DNA from: Anaeramoeba ignava BMAN
Lineage: Eukaryota; Protista; Anaeramoebae
Reading direction: 5' to 3'
Assembly (NCBI GenBank): GCA_028826165.1
Contig: JAPDFW010000033.1
Coordinates: forward strand, 434,001 to 498,000
Length of the DNA: 64,000 bases
In this document: positions 61,862 through 64,000 of the stretch, piece by piece
Numbering within the stretch: the first letter of the stretch is position 1
How the letters are laid out: the number at the start of each line of letters is the position of its first letter
The notes under the pieces: model-generated
What the model was told of the DNA's origin: nothing
What the model saw: the letters and a program-made list of their open reading frames with translations, nothing else
The model's database searches: none
Program-made: the position numbers and the translations under genes

Positions 61862-64000
61862 CATTTATAAATAATTTTATATTTAATTTTATATTTAATT
61901 TTATAAATAATTTTATAAATAATTTTATATTTAATTTTATAAATAATTTTATAAATAATTTTATATTTAATTTTATAAATAATTTTATAAATAATTTTAT
62001 ATTTAATTTTATATTTAATTCTATATTTAATTTTATAAATAATTTTATAAATAATTTTATAAATAATTTTATAAATAATTTTATATTTAATTTTATATTT
62101 AATTTTATAAATAATTTTATAAATAATTTTATAAATAATTTTATAAATAATTTTATAAATAATTTAATAAATAATTTTATAAATAATTTTATAAATAATT
62201 TAATAAATAATTTAATAATTAATTTTATAATTAATTTTATAAATAATTTTATAAATAATTTTATTAATAATTTAATAAATAATTTAATAAATAATTTTAT
62301 AAATAATTTTACAAATAATTTTATAAATAATTTTATAATTAATTTTTATATATAATTTTATATTTAATTTTATATTTAATTTTATAATTAATTTAATAAA
62401 TAATTTAATAAATAATTTTATATTTAATTTTATAAATAATTTTATATTTAATTTTATAAATAATTTTATATTTAATTTTATAAATAATTTTATATATAAT
62501 TTTATAAATAATTTTATATTTAATTTTATAAATAATTTTATAAATAATTTTATAAATAATTTTATATTTAATTTAATAAATAATTTAATAAATAATTTAA
62601 TAAATAATTTTATAATTAATTTTATATTAAATTTTATAAATAATTTTATAAATAATTTTATAAATAATTTTATAAATAATTTAATAAATAATTTTATAAA
62701 TAATTTAATAAATAATTTAATAAATAATTTAATAAATAATTTTATAAATAATTTTATAAATAATTTTTATAATTAATTTTATAAATAATTTTATAAAATA
62801 ATTTTATAAATAATTTTTATAATTAATTTTATATTTAATTTTATATATAATTTTATAAATAATTTTATAAATAATTTTATAAATAAATTTATAAATAATT
62901 TTATATATAATTTTATAAATAATTTTATAAATAATTTTATAAATAATTTTATAAATAATTTTATAATAAATTTTATAAAAATAATTTTTATATATAAATT
63001 TTATATATAATTTTATATATATAATTTTATAAATAATTTTATAAATAATTTTATAAATAATTTTATAAATAATTTTATATTTAATTTTATATTTAATTTT
63101 ATATTAAATTTTATAATTAATTTTATATTAAATTTTATAAATAATTTTATTTATAATTTTATAAATAATTTTATAAATAATTTTATATTTAATTTTATAA
63201 ATAATTTTATAAATAATTTTATAAATAATTTTATATTTAATTTCATAATTAATTTTTATAAATAATTTTATAATTAATTTTATAAATAATTTTATATTAA
63301 ATTTTATAAATAAATTTTATAAATAATTTAATAAATAATTTAATAAATAATTTTATAAATAATTTTATAAATAATTTTATAATTAATTTAATAAATAATT
63401 TTATATTAAATTTTATATTTAATTTTATATTTAATTTTATAAATAATTTTATAAATAAATTAATAAATAATTTTATAAATAATTTTATAAATAATTTTAT
63501 AAATAAATTAATAAATAATTTTATAAATAATTTTATAAATAATTTTATAAATAATTTTATAATTAATTTTATTAATAATTTTATAATTAATTTTATAAAT
63601 AATTTTATAATTAATTTTATAAATAATTTTATATTTAATTTTATAAATAATTTTATAATTAATTTTAATTTTATAAATAATTTTATAAATAATTTTATAA
63701 ATAATTTTATAAATAATTTTATAAATAATTTTATAATTAATTTTATAATTAATTTTATAAATAATTTTATAAATAATTTTATATATAATTTTATAAATAA
63801 TTTTAATAAATAATTTTATAAATAATTTTATAAATAATTTTATATTTAATTTTATATTAAATTTTATAATTAATTTTATATTAAATTTTATAAATAATTT
63901 TATAAATAATTTTATATATAATTTTATAATTAATTTTATAAATAATTTTATAAATAATTTTATAATTAATTTTATAATTAATTTTATAATTAATTTTATA
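61862..64000. repeat. More than 2.1 kb of (TTTATAAATAAT)n satellite, almost devoid of G/C, inside an intron of the upstream-truncated gene
   Basis: Directly visible; minus-strand acceptor atcag| at 61856. Confidence 0.93.

Noticed and set aside
2481-62355. Numerous ORF-track entries such as (ILIW)n, (NF)n, (KI)n, (LNLF)n, (EF)n, (FINN)n
   Set aside because: These are shadow frames or antisense readings of microsatellites in introns, intergenic DNA or real exons.

Overview
Extremely AT-rich, intron-containing, gene-dense eukaryotic DNA using the standard code and GT-AG introns. The most likely source is an anaerobic protist of the Anaeramoeba/metamonad type. This is an inference from the hydrogenosome-type acetate:succinate CoA-transferase, the RCC1-repeat and BTB genes, the NQ/NE/SN dipeptide runs and the Trichomonas-like TCATTT initiator motifs. 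About 19 protein genes could be reconstructed by hand: an RCC1-repeat protein, Asterix/WDR83OS, a RING-like+CCCH protein, an IPT/EGF-TM-RasGAP receptor, Ded1/DDX3, a SAP-domain protein, an NT-C2/coiled-coil/Dilute protein, striatin, TMEM62, an NTF2-RRM (G3BP-like) protein, ASCT/Ach1, a CH + 5 PH-like protein, DUF229, a double-BTB protein, ornithine decarboxylase, Asn-tRNA synthetase, ORC4, a FOP/FOR20-like LisH protein and an ST7-like/TPR/RRM protein. There is also one likely small orphan gene with a possible organelle-targeting presequence. Most long introns are filled with their own AT microsatellite. Scattered single-base frameshifts look like long-read consensus errors. No rRNA, tRNA, CRISPR, intein or transposase was seen. 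The most interesting signals are the plexin-like transmembrane RasGAP, the motor-less myosin-V-like tether with about 38 x 28-aa repeats, tandem Inr-like motifs in very compact bidirectional promoters, the ST7-like/TPR/RRM fusion and the AAAAGTGGAA array. All family assignments come from motif recognition, not database searches.
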